From an uncultured Alphaproteobacteria bacterium (GTDB taxonomy: Bacteria > Pseudomonadota > Alphaproteobacteria > Methylaequorales > Methylaequoraceae), in NCBI GenBank assembly GCA_902563305.1, contig CACEWP010000005.1, positions 4,211 through 68,210 on the forward strand: DNA of 64,000 bases, in the 5' to 3' direction. Of this stretch, positions 31,290-42,550 are shown one piece after another. A program made the translations under genes and the position numbers. Each line of letters opens with the position of its first letter. Position 1 is the first letter of the stretch. The notes under the pieces were generated by a model. The model made no database searches. It had not been told where the DNA came from and saw only the letters and a program-made list of their open reading frames with translations.

Positions 31290-31802
31290 TTAATAATGAA
31301 TTAAGGTTTCAATTGGGACGCTAATATTTTTTCTTCCATTTAAAAAATTTAATTCAATTAAAGATAGAAAACAAGTTAATGTCCCACCAGATTTTTCTAA
31401 AAGTTTACAAGCTGCATTTGCAGTTCCGCCTGTAGCTAAAAGGTCATCAACTAAGAGTATATTTTTGGATTTAAGATTTACATTAACTTCTAATGTATCT
31501 TTGCCATATTCAAGGTCGTAATCAATGCTTATTGTTTTACCAGGTAGTTTATTTTTCTTTCTAATCATCACAAACCCTTTATTTAATTTGTAAGCAAGCG
31601 ATGATGCGAAAATGAAACCTCTTGCATCAATTCCTGCAATTAAATCAAATTTATAATTTTTTATTAAGTCATATAAGCTATCAACTGTGGCTTTAAATGC
31701 TTGGTCATTAGAAATCAAGGTGGAAATATCATAAAAAAGTATCCCAGGTTTAGGGTAATCTGGGATCTTAGAAATAAATGTTTCAATCTCTCTTATCTGC
31801 AT
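31290..31802 (-). CDS. apt: Adenine phosphoribosyltransferase
   Basis: PRPP-binding motif ILLVDDLLATGGT, 170 aa. Confidence 0.9.
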   Translation of the reverse strand: MQIREIETFISKIPDYPKPGILFYDISTLISNDQAFKATVDSLYDLIKNYKFDLIAGIDARGFIFASSLAYKLNKGFVMIRKKNKLPGKTISIDYDLEYGKDTLEVNVNLKSKNILLVDDLLATGGTANAACKLLEKSGGTLTCFLSLIELNFLNGRKNISVPIETLIHY

Positions 31803-31883
31803 ACTTTGAAAATTAAAATTCTAAAAACTCTTAAAAAAACTAGTAATAATGAAAAAAATATTGAAAAATAACATTATAAAAAT

Positions 31884-31909
31884 TTCTTAATATTTTTAAA
31901 TATTAAGAA
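31884..31909. promoter_or_regulatory. Perfect 12-bp inverted repeat (candidate TetR-type operator)
   Basis: TTCTTAATATTT-tt-AAATATTAAGAA lies 34 nt upstream of the TetR-like gene, in the divergent apt/TetR-like intergenic region. Confidence 0.4.
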
Positions 31910-31942
31910 TATATATAAATATTTCATTTACAACTGAAATGT

Positions 31943-32527
31943 ATGAATTCATTAGAGAAAAAATTTAAATTAATTGATGCGTCATTTAAAATAATTGAGA
32001 TTGAAGGTTGGAATAATTTTTCTTTAAAAAAGCTAGCTGAATCTCAAAAAATTGCGCATAAAGAAATCATCAATATTTTTAAATCAAAAAATCAAATTCT
32101 TAAGGAATTTTCAAAAATGATAGATCATAAAGTAGAAAATAATTTTGATATCAGGGATTTAGAGAACACATCAATAAAAGATAACTTGTTTGAACTAATT
32201 ATGCTCAGACTTGAATATATGCAACAGTACAGAAAAACTCTAAAAATTATCATTGAAGTTTTTAAAACAAATCCGTTGATTGCAAAATCTGTCACTACAA
32301 ATATTTTGGATTCACTAGATTTTTATTTAGAATTAACTAATGCATACGAAGATTCAATTTTTGATATTTTCAAAAAGAAATTAATTTTTGTTATTTATGG
32401 TTATATATTTACAGTTTGGTTAGATGATGATTCAAATGAATTATCAAAAACTATGTCAGAATTAGACAGACTTTTGACATTTTCAGAAAAATTAGCTCTT
32501 AACTTTAAAAATTATACCCCATTTTAA
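31943..32527 (+). CDS. TetR/AcrR-fold protein (regulator or COQ9-like)
   Basis: N-terminal HTH-like LIDASFKIIEIEGWNNFSLKKLAESQKIAHKEIINIFKSKNQIL. It sits next to ubiB and ispB. Confidence 0.55.
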   Translation: MNSLEKKFKLIDASFKIIEIEGWNNFSLKKLAESQKIAHKEIINIFKSKNQILKEFSKMIDHKVENNFDIRDLENTSIKDNLFELIMLRLEYMQQYRKTLKIIIEVFKTNPLIAKSVTTNILDSLDFYLELTNAYEDSIFDIFKKKLIFVIYGYIFTVWLDDDSNELSKTMSELDRLLTFSEKLALNFKNYTPF

Positions 32528-33836
32528 CGTTTTTAAGAGCATTTTGTTGTCTTTTGTTCAAGTCCTTTTCACTGAACCCACTTATTAGCTCATGGAATAG
32601 TTTGTACCAATTTAGTTTAGCATCTAGGTGAAGAAATACTGACCCCAGACCAATCGCTGCTCTGTCCATAAAAACAAACTCTCGAGGCGGTTTGACACCT
32701 CCAATTTTTTTTAGTTCTTTGTGAACTTTTGATGCCGCTTCAGCTCCGTATGTAGAGGAATTAGTATCTTGCATCTTCCTTATTTTGTCTTCCATAAGGG
32801 GAGAGTAAAGAAATTTTGCCCAAATGTTTAAAATGTCAATTAGGTCTTTAGAAATATTTTCAAATCCCCAGCTTTCGTAGGCATGTACTGCTAAATCTTG
32901 ATTATTTTGTTTTATAGCATAATAGAGATCAATAACTCCTTTTACAAATGATGGTTTGAAAATTCTAATACAACCAAAATCTAGAAGTTTAATGTTTCCT
33001 TTATCATCAGATAAATAATTTCCTAAGTGTGGATCACCATGAATTATTCCATAGTTATAAAAAGGATAGTACCAGGCTTTAAACATATTTTTAGCAATAT
33101 TTTGCCGGAGTCTATGTGAATGTTTCTTGAAATTTAGAAGTTTTTTTCCAATCAAATAATTCATACTTATTAATCTATTTGTGGAAATAGTTTCATATAC
33201 TTTTGGAATTTTTATTTCTTTAGATTTGTCAAAGATTAGTTGGAATAACTTGATATGTTTTTGCTCTTGAAGATAACTTAATTCTTCTTTAATTCTAACA
33301 CTTATTTCTTTTTGGATTTCCGTGGTGTCGATACTGCTATCAAATTTCTTATAAATTGAGAATATTAATTTTAATTGGTTAATATCGGCTTCAACTATAG
33401 AGTTCATATCGGGATATTGTAACTTACAAACAATCTGCTCACCCTTATGTTCAGCTCTATGAACTTGACCTAGAGAAGCTGCGGCAAAAGGTTGTTTTTC
33501 AAAAGAGTCAAAAGAATCAAGCCAATTGAACCCTAGTTCATTTTTCATCCTTCTTCTTACAAAATTCCAGCCCATCGGTGGAGCATTAGACTGTAATTTT
33601 GCAAGCTCTTTAACGTACTCTTCAGGTAAAAGATCAGGTACAGTGGAGAGTAATTGAGCTATTTTCATAATTGGCCCTTTAAGACCACCTAAAATAGTTT
33701 TTAGTTCCATTGCATTCTTCTCGTGCTCTTTATTTAGAAATTTTGTCTCTAAAAACTTATAGGCAATTGACCCTGCTGATGTGCCTAAATTAGCATATCT
33801 TATTACTCTTTTTGAAAACTTATTAATTTCGTCCAT
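32505..33836 (-). CDS. ubiB: ABC1/UbiB-family atypical kinase (ubiquinone biosynthesis)
   Basis: ABC1 motifs AAASLGQVH...VCKLQYP and HGDPHLGN. Confidence 0.85.
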   Translation of the reverse strand: MDEINKFSKRVIRYANLGTSAGSIAYKFLETKFLNKEHEKNAMELKTILGGLKGPIMKIAQLLSTVPDLLPEEYVKELAKLQSNAPPMGWNFVRRRMKNELGFNWLDSFDSFEKQPFAAASLGQVHRAEHKGEQIVCKLQYPDMNSIVEADINQLKLIFSIYKKFDSSIDTTEIQKEISVRIKEELSYLQEQKHIKLFQLIFDKSKEIKIPKVYETISTNRLISMNYLIGKKLLNFKKHSHRLRQNIAKNMFKAWYYPFYNYGIIHGDPHLGNYLSDDKGNIKLLDFGCIRIFKPSFVKGVIDLYYAIKQNNQDLAVHAYESWGFENISKDLIDILNIWAKFLYSPLMEDKIRKMQDTNSSTYGAEAASKVHKELKKIGGVKPPREFVFMDRAAIGLGSVFLHLDAKLNWYKLFHELISGFSEKDLNKRQQNALKNVKMGYNF

Positions 33837-34016
33837 AATTGATAAATTAATGGAAAAAAAAAAAATTTAAATGAAAATCATTAATATAATAAAAAATATA
33901 GACAGAGGAATATAGTTTTTTGAAATGAATTCAAGAAATCTTGCTTTAAAGTAATTTGATAACCCGATTTGATTAAACTTTTCCATAAAGAAGCTTGTGC
34001 AATAATTATTCCAGAT

Positions 34017-35027
34017 TTATTTAGTTCTTTCTGTTAAGAAATCTGCCAAATTTATCATCTTTTCTTTTTCTTGTGAATCTGAAAATGTTCCTAGACTATC
34101 CTTTGCCATAATTGAGAAATGTTTAGCCTTTTTTATACAATCAGCTTTAACGTTGTATTTATTCATTAATTCAATCACTTTATTAAAGTCACTCTGATTT
34201 GAAGTGTCTTTAGAAATTATAAATTCTATAATTTTTTTCTCTTTTTTGTTACACCTTTTAAAACAGATTATTAATGGTAGAGACATTTTTCCTTCTTTAA
34301 GATCATTACCTGTATTTTTACCAATTGTTTTACAATTTGAAAAATAGTCGAGTGTATCGTCAATTATTTGGTATGCAATACCCAGAAAAGTTCCAAACTC
34401 TGCTAAACTACTTTTTTTTTCGGAACTTACTTCGCTAATCTCGCCCCCTATCTGACAGGCAGCTGAAAATAATTCTGCAGTTTTATGATCAATAATATCT
34501 AAATACTCAGACTCTTTGGTGTGAAGTTTTTTTATTGAGACTAATTGCTTAACTTCACCTCTAGAAATTTTGACTGAAGCTTTTGAAATAATATTTAAAC
34601 AATTAATAGAACCATCATCTATTAACATTCTAAATGCTTTACTGAGTAGAAAGTCTCCAACTAAAATACTTGATTTGTTATCCCAAATGAAATTTGCTGA
34701 AGATCTTCCACGTCTTTTATTGCTATTATCTACAACATCATCATGCAGAAGAGTGGCTGTGTGAATAAATTCAATAATAGAGGCAAGAGTTATGTGTCTA
34801 TTCCCTGTATATTTGCATAATTTTGAGCAGGCAATAGTAAGTAATGGTCTTATTCTTTTGCCTCCAGAATTAATAATGTGACTTGTGAGATCAGAAATTA
34901 AAGATTCACTACCAGCTAAGTTATCTATGATTGATTGATTTATTTTAAATATATCAGGTTCCAGCCACTCAACGAAAGTTTCCAGTGGGTTTTTTAAGTT
35001 TTTTCTTTTTAAATTTATTATGTTCAT
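34017..35027 (-). CDS. ispB: Polyprenyl (octaprenyl-type) diphosphate synthase
   Basis: First and second Asp-rich motifs LLHDDVVD and DDTLD. Confidence 0.85.
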   Translation of the reverse strand: MNIINLKRKNLKNPLETFVEWLEPDIFKINQSIIDNLAGSESLISDLTSHIINSGGKRIRPLLTIACSKLCKYTGNRHITLASIIEFIHTATLLHDDVVDNSNKRRGRSSANFIWDNKSSILVGDFLLSKAFRMLIDDGSINCLNIISKASVKISRGEVKQLVSIKKLHTKESEYLDIIDHKTAELFSAACQIGGEISEVSSEKKSSLAEFGTFLGIAYQIIDDTLDYFSNCKTIGKNTGNDLKEGKMSLPLIICFKRCNKKEKKIIEFIISKDTSNQSDFNKVIELMNKYNVKADCIKKAKHFSIMAKDSLGTFSDSQEKEKMINLADFLTERTK

Positions 35028-35130
35028 TTGCTTTTACAAAAATTTGGTAATATTTTTTTTGAAAAAAATCTATTAGAATATAGTATTCTAAAATTAAATT
35101 TTAAATTAAAATTTTATATTAATTTTTTAT

Positions 35131-35979
35131 ATGTTAACTTTTCAAAAAATAATTGATAATCTTCAAAGTTATTGGCGTGATAAAGGGTGCCTTCAAATCC
35201 AATCTTATGATATGGAAATGGGAGCTGCAACTTTCCATCCTGCGACAACATTAAGGGCAATTGGAAAAAAACCTTGGAAGGCTGTTTTCCTTCAACCTTG
35301 CAGAAGGCCATCCGATGGAAGATATGGTGATAATCCAAATAGACTACAGAGTTACTATCAACTTCAAGTTCTAATAAAGCCTAGTCCTTTGAACTCTCAG
35401 GAACTCTACTTAAACAGTTTGAAAAAAATTAGTATTAGTAGAGAGTTAAATGATATTAAATTTGTGGAGGATGATTGGGAAAGTCCAACACTTGGTGCAA
35501 CTGGCTTAGGTTGGGAAGTGCAATGCAACGGAATGGAGATAAGTCAATTCACTTATTTTCAACAAATAGGAGGATTGGATTGTAGACCAGTTAGTTTGGA
35601 AATAACATATGGACTTGAACGAATTGCAACTTTTGTTCAAAATATTGACAATGTTTATGATATTGTTATGGATAACACAGGTATCACCTATGGAGATATT
35701 TATTTAGAAAATGAAAAACAAATGTCCTCTTTCAATTTTGAACATGCTTCTAAAGATTATTTATATGAATCATTCAAACATTATGAGAAGAGTTCTAAAT
35801 TGCTCATTGATAATAATTTACCTATTCCTGCTTATGAACAATGTATAAAAGCTAGTCATTCTTTTAACCTTTTAGATTCAAGAGGGCTAGTATCTGTATC
35901 AGAAAGACAGGCATATATTCTTAGAATTAGGACTCTTGTACAAAGTTGCTGTAAGTTAATATTAAAAAAAGATGAGTGA
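35131..35979 (+). CDS. glyQ: Glycine--tRNA ligase alpha subunit
   Basis: Highly conserved N-terminus [12 protein letters not shown]...GC...QSYD.E.GAATFHP. Confidence 0.95.
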   Translation: MLTFQKIIDNLQSYWRDKGCLQIQSYDMEMGAATFHPATTLRAIGKKPWKAVFLQPCRRPSDGRYGDNPNRLQSYYQLQVLIKPSPLNSQELYLNSLKKISISRELNDIKFVEDDWESPTLGATGLGWEVQCNGMEISQFTYFQQIGGLDCRPVSLEITYGLERIATFVQNIDNVYDIVMDNTGITYGDIYLENEKQMSSFNFEHASKDYLYESFKHYEKSSKLLIDNNLPIPAYEQCIKASHSFNLLDSRGLVSVSERQAYILRIRTLVQSCCKLILKKDE

Positions 35980-38002
35980 TTTTTTACTTGAAATTTATGG
36001 GGAAGATATTCCTTCATCCTCTCAAACCTTGATTCAAAATCAATTTGAAGAATTATTCAAGAATTTATTTTCTAATTTAGAAATTAATTTTAGAGATGTT
36101 CAAACATTTTCTACATCCAGAAGAGTTACAATTTTTGTTAAAGAATTATCTAAATCCACTAAATCCAAAAAAATCGAAATAAGAGGGCCACAAATAAATG
36201 CTAATGAAAACGCAATAAATGGTTTTTTAAAATCAAACAATCTTAATAATATTAAGTTATTAGAGAAAAAAGAGATAAATGGTAAAGTTTATTATATTTT
36301 AAAAAAAAATAGTAAAGGTAAAAAGGTTTTTGATTTACTAAAATCAGAGGTTCCAAAAATCTTGAGATCAATTAGATGGACTAAATCCATGAGGTGGGGG
36401 GAAAATAATGATAGATGGATTAGACCAATAAAAAATATTTTATGTTTATTTGATAAAAAAATTATTAAATTTGAGTTTGCTGGCCATCTTTCTAATAATT
36501 TTACGTATGGAAATTATCATTATTCTGAGAAAAAGATAAAATGTGAAGACTTTTTAAATTATAAAAAAAAATTAAAAGAAAATTATGTTGTTTTAGAAAG
36601 ATCACTTAGACAAAATGAGATAATAAAGAAAATTAAAATTTTTTGCAGAAAAAATAAGCTTAACTACTTTATTACGCCATCATTTTTAAAACGAGTTTCA
36701 GATTCGGTAGAACATCCAAATATTTTTTTTGGGAAGTTTAGTACCGACTTTTTCAAACTTCCAGAATTTTTATTAACAAATATAATGACCGATAAACAAG
36801 ATTACTTTTTTTTTAAAGATCAGAAAAATAAACTTAGTGATAAATTTGGCTTTGTAGCTGGTATCAATCCTAATGAACAAGACAATTTAATAATTGGAAA
36901 CCAGAATGTACTTAAGGCAAGATTTAGTGATGCTTCTTTTTTCATAGACGAAGATAAAAAAAATAAACTAAGTCAAAGACATGCTTCTTTAGATCAAATA
37001 ATTTTTTACGAGAAAACTGGCTCACTTTTTGATAGAGCAATAAGGATAGATAGTTTGGTGAAGTATATTTACAAGAGTTTTGGAACTGAGAAAAACGATC
37101 GAATGTTTGATTATTTACTTTTTTCCAATGCTGATTTAGTAACTGAGTTAGTCAAAGAGTTTCCAAATTTACAAGGAAAAGTAGGTGGATATCTTGCTAA
37201 GCTAGAAAATTTCCCTAAAGATATATGTGATGCATTTTCTGACCAGTATGAATATGAGTTTCCGGATTCATATTCAAATTTTTTGACTTTTATACTTTCA
37301 ATTTCTCAGAAATTTGATTCTATTTTGGGATATTTTGCTTCTAAAGACCATCTCTCTGGAGCTGGAGATCCATTTGGAATAAGACGTTCAACGCTGTCTA
37401 TTATAAAGATTTGTATCGAAAAAAAAATTAGAATTAATTTTTATAATTTATTCTCATTAAATAATGAACTTTACAAAAAGCAAAATATTTCTCTTAAGAT
37501 AGATTATAGTTATTTATTAGAATTTTTCAAAAAAAGAATTTCAATATTGCTTGGAGAGATGGGTTTTAGACAAGACCTGATTAAAGCGTCTATTAATACT
37601 GAGTTTGATCCATATTTTATTTTTGAGAGATTAAGAAATATGGATCATTTATATAAATCTAAAGATGGAATTAATTTTCTTAAGGCCTTTAAAAGACTTA
37701 ATTCATTAAGCGAAGAAATGGAACAAAACAAAATTAACACAACTCTTTTTCAAAAAGATGAAGAGAAAAAACTTTTCGAGTTATTAAATGATTTAAAATT
37801 GAATATTAAGAAGAATTACGATTTTATTTTTCAGAATCTAGAATATCAAAAAAAACTTAGCCAAACCCTTGATAACTTCTTTGATAATGTGGTTGTAAAT
37901 GATGAAAATAATAAAACAAAAATTAACAGAAAAATATTAATTAATGAATTTCGTAAGGTACTAAATAAAGAGTATAGGTTTTCACTTTTAGAGATTAAAT
38001 GA
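35972..38002 (+). CDS. glyS: Glycine--tRNA ligase beta subunit
   Basis: 676 aa, overlaps glyQ by 8 nt. N-terminus [12 protein letters not shown] is typical of GlyS. Confidence 0.9.
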   Translation: MSDFLLEIYGEDIPSSSQTLIQNQFEELFKNLFSNLEINFRDVQTFSTSRRVTIFVKELSKSTKSKKIEIRGPQINANENAINGFLKSNNLNNIKLLEKKEINGKVYYILKKNSKGKKVFDLLKSEVPKILRSIRWTKSMRWGENNDRWIRPIKNILCLFDKKIIKFEFAGHLSNNFTYGNYHYSEKKIKCEDFLNYKKKLKENYVVLERSLRQNEIIKKIKIFCRKNKLNYFITPSFLKRVSDSVEHPNIFFGKFSTDFFKLPEFLLTNIMTDKQDYFFFKDQKNKLSDKFGFVAGINPNEQDNLIIGNQNVLKARFSDASFFIDEDKKNKLSQRHASLDQIIFYEKTGSLFDRAIRIDSLVKYIYKSFGTEKNDRMFDYLLFSNADLVTELVKEFPNLQGKVGGYLAKLENFPKDICDAFSDQYEYEFPDSYSNFLTFILSISQKFDSILGYFASKDHLSGAGDPFGIRRSTLSIIKICIEKKIRINFYNLFSLNNELYKKQNISLKIDYSYLLEFFKKRISILLGEMGFRQDLIKASINTEFDPYFIFERLRNMDHLYKSKDGINFLKAFKRLNSLSEEMEQNKINTTLFQKDEEKKLFELLNDLKLNIKKNYDFIFQNLEYQKKLSQTLDNFFDNVVVNDENNKTKINRKILINEFRKVLNKEYRFSLLEIK

Positions 38003-38898
38003 TAAATAACATTAAAAAAAAAATAGAATTATCTAATCTCTTGGAAAAAATTGAAACTGATTTTGATTCTTCAGAAATAATAGAAAAACTAGATAAACTT
38101 CATTCGCAACCAAAAGCTCATGTAATAGGAATAACAGGATCTCCTGGTGTTGGTAAGTCTTCATTAATTAACAAATTAGTATCATATATCAGAAAAAAAA
38201 AAAAATCAGTTGGTATCATTGCAATTGATCCATCCTCTGAGAAGACTGGAGGAGCTATATTAGGCGATAGAACACGTTTGATGTTAAATCCAACAGATAA
38301 CAATGTATTTGTTAGGTCAATGGCTTCAAAAAACTATTTAGGTGGAATCTCAGAATTAACCTATCCAGCTATGATAGTTATGAGATCTATTTTTGACTTT
38401 ATTATTATTGAAACCGTTGGGGTTGGTCAGTCAGAAATATTTATAAAAAATTTATCAGACACTGTTGTATTAGGAATACAGCCGGGTAGTGGTGATACAG
38501 TTCAGTTTATGAAATCTGGAATATTTGAGATTCCTGATGTTATTATAGTTACTAAAAGTGATATTGAAAAACTCTCTCAAATTACCTTTTCTGATTTATG
38601 TGCTAGCAAATCATTTTTTCAGAATCAAAATGACTGGGATATCAAAATAATAAAAACTTCATCTACACAAAACTCTGGTTTTAAACAACTTTTTGAAATT
38701 CTTAAATTAAGATGGGAATGGTTAAAAAGTGAAAAAAGATTATTTAGATTGAGAAATCAACAAGATATTAAATGGATCCACACTTGTATTTCAAAGGAAT
38801 TTGGAGATAAAGGTCTACAAAAAATCAAAAAAGACTTCTCATATAAAAAATCTCCGTTTAGTGAATTAATTAAATTAAAGAGAAAATTTAGTTTTTAA
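37999..38898 (+). CDS. meaB: G3E-family P-loop GTPase, MeaB/ArgK-like
   Basis: GITGSPGVGKSS, IAIDPSS..TGGAILGDRTR, ETVGVGQSE and TKSD motifs. ATGA overlap with glyS. Confidence 0.65.
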   Translation: MINNIKKKIELSNLLEKIETDFDSSEIIEKLDKLHSQPKAHVIGITGSPGVGKSSLINKLVSYIRKKKKSVGIIAIDPSSEKTGGAILGDRTRLMLNPTDNNVFVRSMASKNYLGGISELTYPAMIVMRSIFDFIIIETVGVGQSEIFIKNLSDTVVLGIQPGSGDTVQFMKSGIFEIPDVIIVTKSDIEKLSQITFSDLCASKSFFQNQNDWDIKIIKTSSTQNSGFKQLFEILKLRWEWLKSEKRLFRLRNQQDIKWIHTCISKEFGDKGLQKIKKDFSYKKSPFSELIKLKRKFSF

Positions 38899-39762
38899 CT
38901 AATCATTACACCACCATAACTTTTCTAATTTGACAATTGAGTCTCCACTCATTAGTTCCTTGTCTAAACATTTATCTATGAATTTTAGATTAATGTATGC
39001 AAAACCGTCTATTCTGTTATGACTTGTTATATTTCCAATTATTTCTTTATTAAACAATACATCTCTATCAACTTTTCCTTTAAAAAAAATTTTAATTTTA
39101 AACAATTTCCTTTTTACAATATTTCTATATTTCATTCTTGCAGTTATTTCTTGTCCCATGTAACAACCCTTGTCCCATGAAATTCCATTTAACTCATCAA
39201 ATCTCATTTCGAGAAGTAAGGATTTATTTTTAATTGCATCAATGTTAAAATCAGGAATTGAATTTTTAAGTCTGATGTCATTGTAAATTGAGCTAGATAT
39301 AATTTTAAGTTTATTCTCTATTAGATTAAATTGTTTTGGAGTGTTGAAAACGTAGAGTCGTTTGAATAAATTGTTAAATCTTGGATCATCAAAACAGATA
39401 AATTTGAGCTTAAGTTGCATTATAACTTCTTCAGAATAGTTTGATATTATAAATACAGAAACATTTTCTTTAATTTCCAATTCAACATCTGATCTCAATT
39501 TATAAATATTAAGTTTCTGCATCACCAATGATTCATCGTCTTTATGAATTTCAACCAAAAGAGAATCGTCGTAAACTGTTAAAAAAAAATCTGATAAAAA
39601 TTTTCCTTGTGGAGAGAGAATAGACGAATAAATTGAAGTTTTTTTTTTTAAAATTTCAATATCATTTGATATAATCCCTTGAATAAAGGAGAATTTGTCT
39701 TTCCCAGATATTTTAATTATAGACCTTTGATTTAATTTGTGAAATTCTTTTTTGTGTAACAT
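38899..39762 (-). CDS. ygfZ: Folate-binding Fe-S assembly/tRNA-modification protein YgfZ
   Basis: Signature DKGCYMGQEITARMKYR. Confidence 0.8.
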   Translation of the reverse strand: MLHKKEFHKLNQRSIIKISGKDKFSFIQGIISNDIEILKKKTSIYSSILSPQGKFLSDFFLTVYDDSLLVEIHKDDESLVMQKLNIYKLRSDVELEIKENVSVFIISNYSEEVIMQLKLKFICFDDPRFNNLFKRLYVFNTPKQFNLIENKLKIISSSIYNDIRLKNSIPDFNIDAIKNKSLLLEMRFDELNGISWDKGCYMGQEITARMKYRNIVKRKLFKIKIFFKGKVDRDVLFNKEIIGNITSHNRIDGFAYINLKFIDKCLDKELMSGDSIVKLEKLWWCND

Positions 39763-39799
39763 TATGCTAATTTATTTAATTTTTTTATAATTTAATAAT

Positions 39800-40771
39800 A
39801 TGATTAAAACTAAAAATATACTAATAATTTCATCCAATAGACTTGGTGATGCAATATTATCATCTGGGTTAAATGAATATTTTACTAAAAGTGCAAACTC
39901 TAAACTAACTTTTGTCTGCGGTTCAACACCATCAGAAATCTTTAAATATTGTCAAAATATAAATGAATTAATCACACTGAATAAAAAAAGATTTTCGTTT
40001 CATTGGTTCACTTTATGGTCGAAGTTGATATTTACTAAGTGGGAACACATAATTGATCTTAGAGGTACTGGAATAAGTTTTTTTTTATTTTCGAATAAAA
40101 AATATAGGTACATTAAAAAGAAAAATAATATCAAAGAGCATAAGGTTTCTGAAATCACCAAACCAATTGTTGGAGAAATCTTACAACCACATATTAAATT
40201 ATCACGCAATAAAGATTTTAAGAATAACAAACTGCAAGAAATACTAAAATTAAAAAAAAAATATAAACTAATAATGATAGCTCCTTCAGCTAACTGGATA
40301 GGAAAGATTTGGCCATCGGAAAGATATTTAGATTTAGTTAATCGATTAATCAAGCACTCTTTTTTTAAAAAATCACTATTTATCTTTGTTGGCCCAAGTG
40401 ATGAAAGGTATTTAGTTGAAAAAGTCTTTGGATTAAAGAAGCCCTATATATTTGATTTATTTGGAAATTCTTCTTTAATTGAGATTTTTTATATTATGAA
40501 AAATTGCAAGCTTTTTATTGGTAATGATTCAGGATTGATGCATCTGGCAGCATTAGCAAAAATCAAAACAATTGGTCTGTTTGGACCAAGTAATAAGTTT
40601 AAATATAGACCATGGGGTGAGGGAAATATTTGTATTTCTAGTCCAAAGAACCCTGATGAACTGATGGGTTTTAAAGGTTTTAACGCACGAAATACTAAAT
40701 CTTTAATGCTTGACCTTAAAACAAAAACAGTCTTTAAAAAAGTAATCCTAAATACAGTTAAAGAAAAATGA
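39800..40771 (+). CDS. Glycosyltransferase family 9 (heptosyltransferase-like)
   Basis: N-terminal ILIISSNRLGDAILS and C-terminal GNDSGLMHLAA. Confidence 0.8.
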   Translation: MIKTKNILIISSNRLGDAILSSGLNEYFTKSANSKLTFVCGSTPSEIFKYCQNINELITLNKKRFSFHWFTLWSKLIFTKWEHIIDLRGTGISFFLFSNKKYRYIKKKNNIKEHKVSEITKPIVGEILQPHIKLSRNKDFKNNKLQEILKLKKKYKLIMIAPSANWIGKIWPSERYLDLVNRLIKHSFFKKSLFIFVGPSDERYLVEKVFGLKKPYIFDLFGNSSLIEIFYIMKNCKLFIGNDSGLMHLAALAKIKTIGLFGPSNKFKYRPWGEGNICISSPKNPDELMGFKGFNARNTKSLMLDLKTKTVFKKVILNTVKEK

Positions 40772-41520
40772 AAAAGCTATCAGTCTTAATAGTTATTCAT
40801 AATGAAGAGTCTCAGATAGAAGATTGTCTTAAAACTGTTAAATTTGCCGATGAAATAATTGTAATACTTGATAATTGTACAGACAATTCAATTAAGATTG
40901 TAAAGAAATATACAAAAACTTATTACTCGGGAAACTGGAAAATTGAAGGTGAAAGAAGAAATTTTGGAATATTGAAATGTACTAAAGATTGGATATTAGA
41001 AATTGATGCAGATGAAAGAATATCATCCAAACTAAAAAATGAAATAAAGCAAATAATTCAAACCAGCCAATACGATTGGCATAAAATCCAAGTAAATAAT
41101 TATTTAGGAACCAAACTTGTTAATTATGGATGGGGTGCTTATTTTGGTAAATCTTCTTATGCCGGTCTATTTAAAAAAAATAAAAAAGTTTGGGGAAAAC
41201 AAAGAGTTCATCCTAAAATTATTTTATATGGAGTTGAGGGGAAAACATTAACAAATAAATTAACTCATTTTTATTGTAAAAATATCTCTGATCTTTTTCT
41301 GAAATTAGATAATTATTCTTCTGCAAGAGCTAGTGACCTAAAATTCTCAAAGTCCAATGAATCACTGTTAAGAAATATTAGAAGAGTTTTTTCAAGATTT
41401 TGGAAATGCTATTTTCTTAGAAAAGGATTCAAAGAACAAGAAGTTGGTTTTTTGATTGCTGTTGTTGCTGCTTTGTACCCAATATTATCATATTTGAAAT
41501 ATAAAGAAAAAGATGACTAA
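40768..41520 (+). CDS. Glycosyltransferase family 2
   Basis: LSVLIVIHNEE...DNCTDNS...EIDADE (GT-A DxD). Confidence 0.8.
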   Translation: MKKLSVLIVIHNEESQIEDCLKTVKFADEIIVILDNCTDNSIKIVKKYTKTYYSGNWKIEGERRNFGILKCTKDWILEIDADERISSKLKNEIKQIIQTSQYDWHKIQVNNYLGTKLVNYGWGAYFGKSSYAGLFKKNKKVWGKQRVHPKIILYGVEGKTLTNKLTHFYCKNISDLFLKLDNYSSARASDLKFSKSNESLLRNIRRVFSRFWKCYFLRKGFKEQEVGFLIAVVAALYPILSYLKYKEKDD

Positions 41521-42550
41521 AATATTATTTATTGATAATGGAATTGAATTTGACTCCAAAACACTTAGAGAAAAACCCTATGGTGGTGCTGAGGTTGCGT
41601 TTGTTTCACTAGTAGAAAATTTAGCTAAATTGGGTTTAAAGGTAAAAGTTTACAATAACTGTTTAAATCAAGGTAAAATTAACGGCGTTGAGTGGAAAAA
41701 AATTGACAACACCATATTTTCAGAGGATTTTGATGTGTTGGTTGTTAATCGGGGAGATAAGTATCTAGATTTTAGGAAAGAATGTAAAAATAGAATTTTT
41801 TGGATTCATAATCCTGCAAAATATATTTTAAAATATAGGTATCTCTCTAAACTTTTTTTAAATGGTACAAAAATTGTTTTTTCGAGTAATTATCATTTAA
41901 AAACATATCCATGGTGGGGTCCTTCTAAAGCTAGAATTGTGATTCCATATGGAATTGATGATTATTTATTTAAGGAACCAAATAAAACAAAGCCTTTTGG
42001 AAAAAGTGCTATCTTTACATCAAACCCCATGCGAGGTTTGGAGTGGTTATTAGATAGATGGGAAAAAAAAATTTTTCCAAATTCTAAAGAAGCTAAATTA
42101 AATATATTCTCTGGATTTGAAACTTATGGTGATTTTGGGAGAAAACATTCAAATCAAATTAATAGGATTCTGTCAAAAGCTAAGTCATTAAAAAACAAAG
42201 GTGTAGTAATCAATAAACCAGTTGAAAGAAAAACTCTTTTTAAAAAAATAGAATCATCAAGGGTATTTATCTATAAAGGAAGTGATGATGAGACTTTCTG
42301 TATGGCAGTAGCAGAATCACAAATGTTGGGAATTCCTGCTGTCGTTGGAGATTTTGGATGCTTACGAGAGAGAGTTGTAAACAATAAAACTGGTTTTGTA
42401 TGTGAAAATGAAGAAGAATTTTGTTTGAACACTATTAAAATTTTAAATGATGATAAACTTTGGAAAAAAATGAATAAAGAGCTATTAATTAGAAAGAATT
42501 ATTTTAAATGGTCTGAGATTGCAAAAAAATGGTTAAAAATAATAAAATAA
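41513..42550 (+). CDS. Glycosyltransferase (GT-B, group 1-like)
   Basis: YGGAEVAF start and a C-terminal E..FCMAVAESQMLGIPAV block typical of GT4. Confidence 0.7.
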   Translation: MTKILFIDNGIEFDSKTLREKPYGGAEVAFVSLVENLAKLGLKVKVYNNCLNQGKINGVEWKKIDNTIFSEDFDVLVVNRGDKYLDFRKECKNRIFWIHNPAKYILKYRYLSKLFLNGTKIVFSSNYHLKTYPWWGPSKARIVIPYGIDDYLFKEPNKTKPFGKSAIFTSNPMRGLEWLLDRWEKKIFPNSKEAKLNIFSGFETYGDFGRKHSNQINRILSKAKSLKNKGVVINKPVERKTLFKKIESSRVFIYKGSDDETFCMAVAESQMLGIPAVVGDFGCLRERVVNNKTGFVCENEEEFCLNTIKILNDDKLWKKMNKELLIRKNYFKWSEIAKKWLKIIK

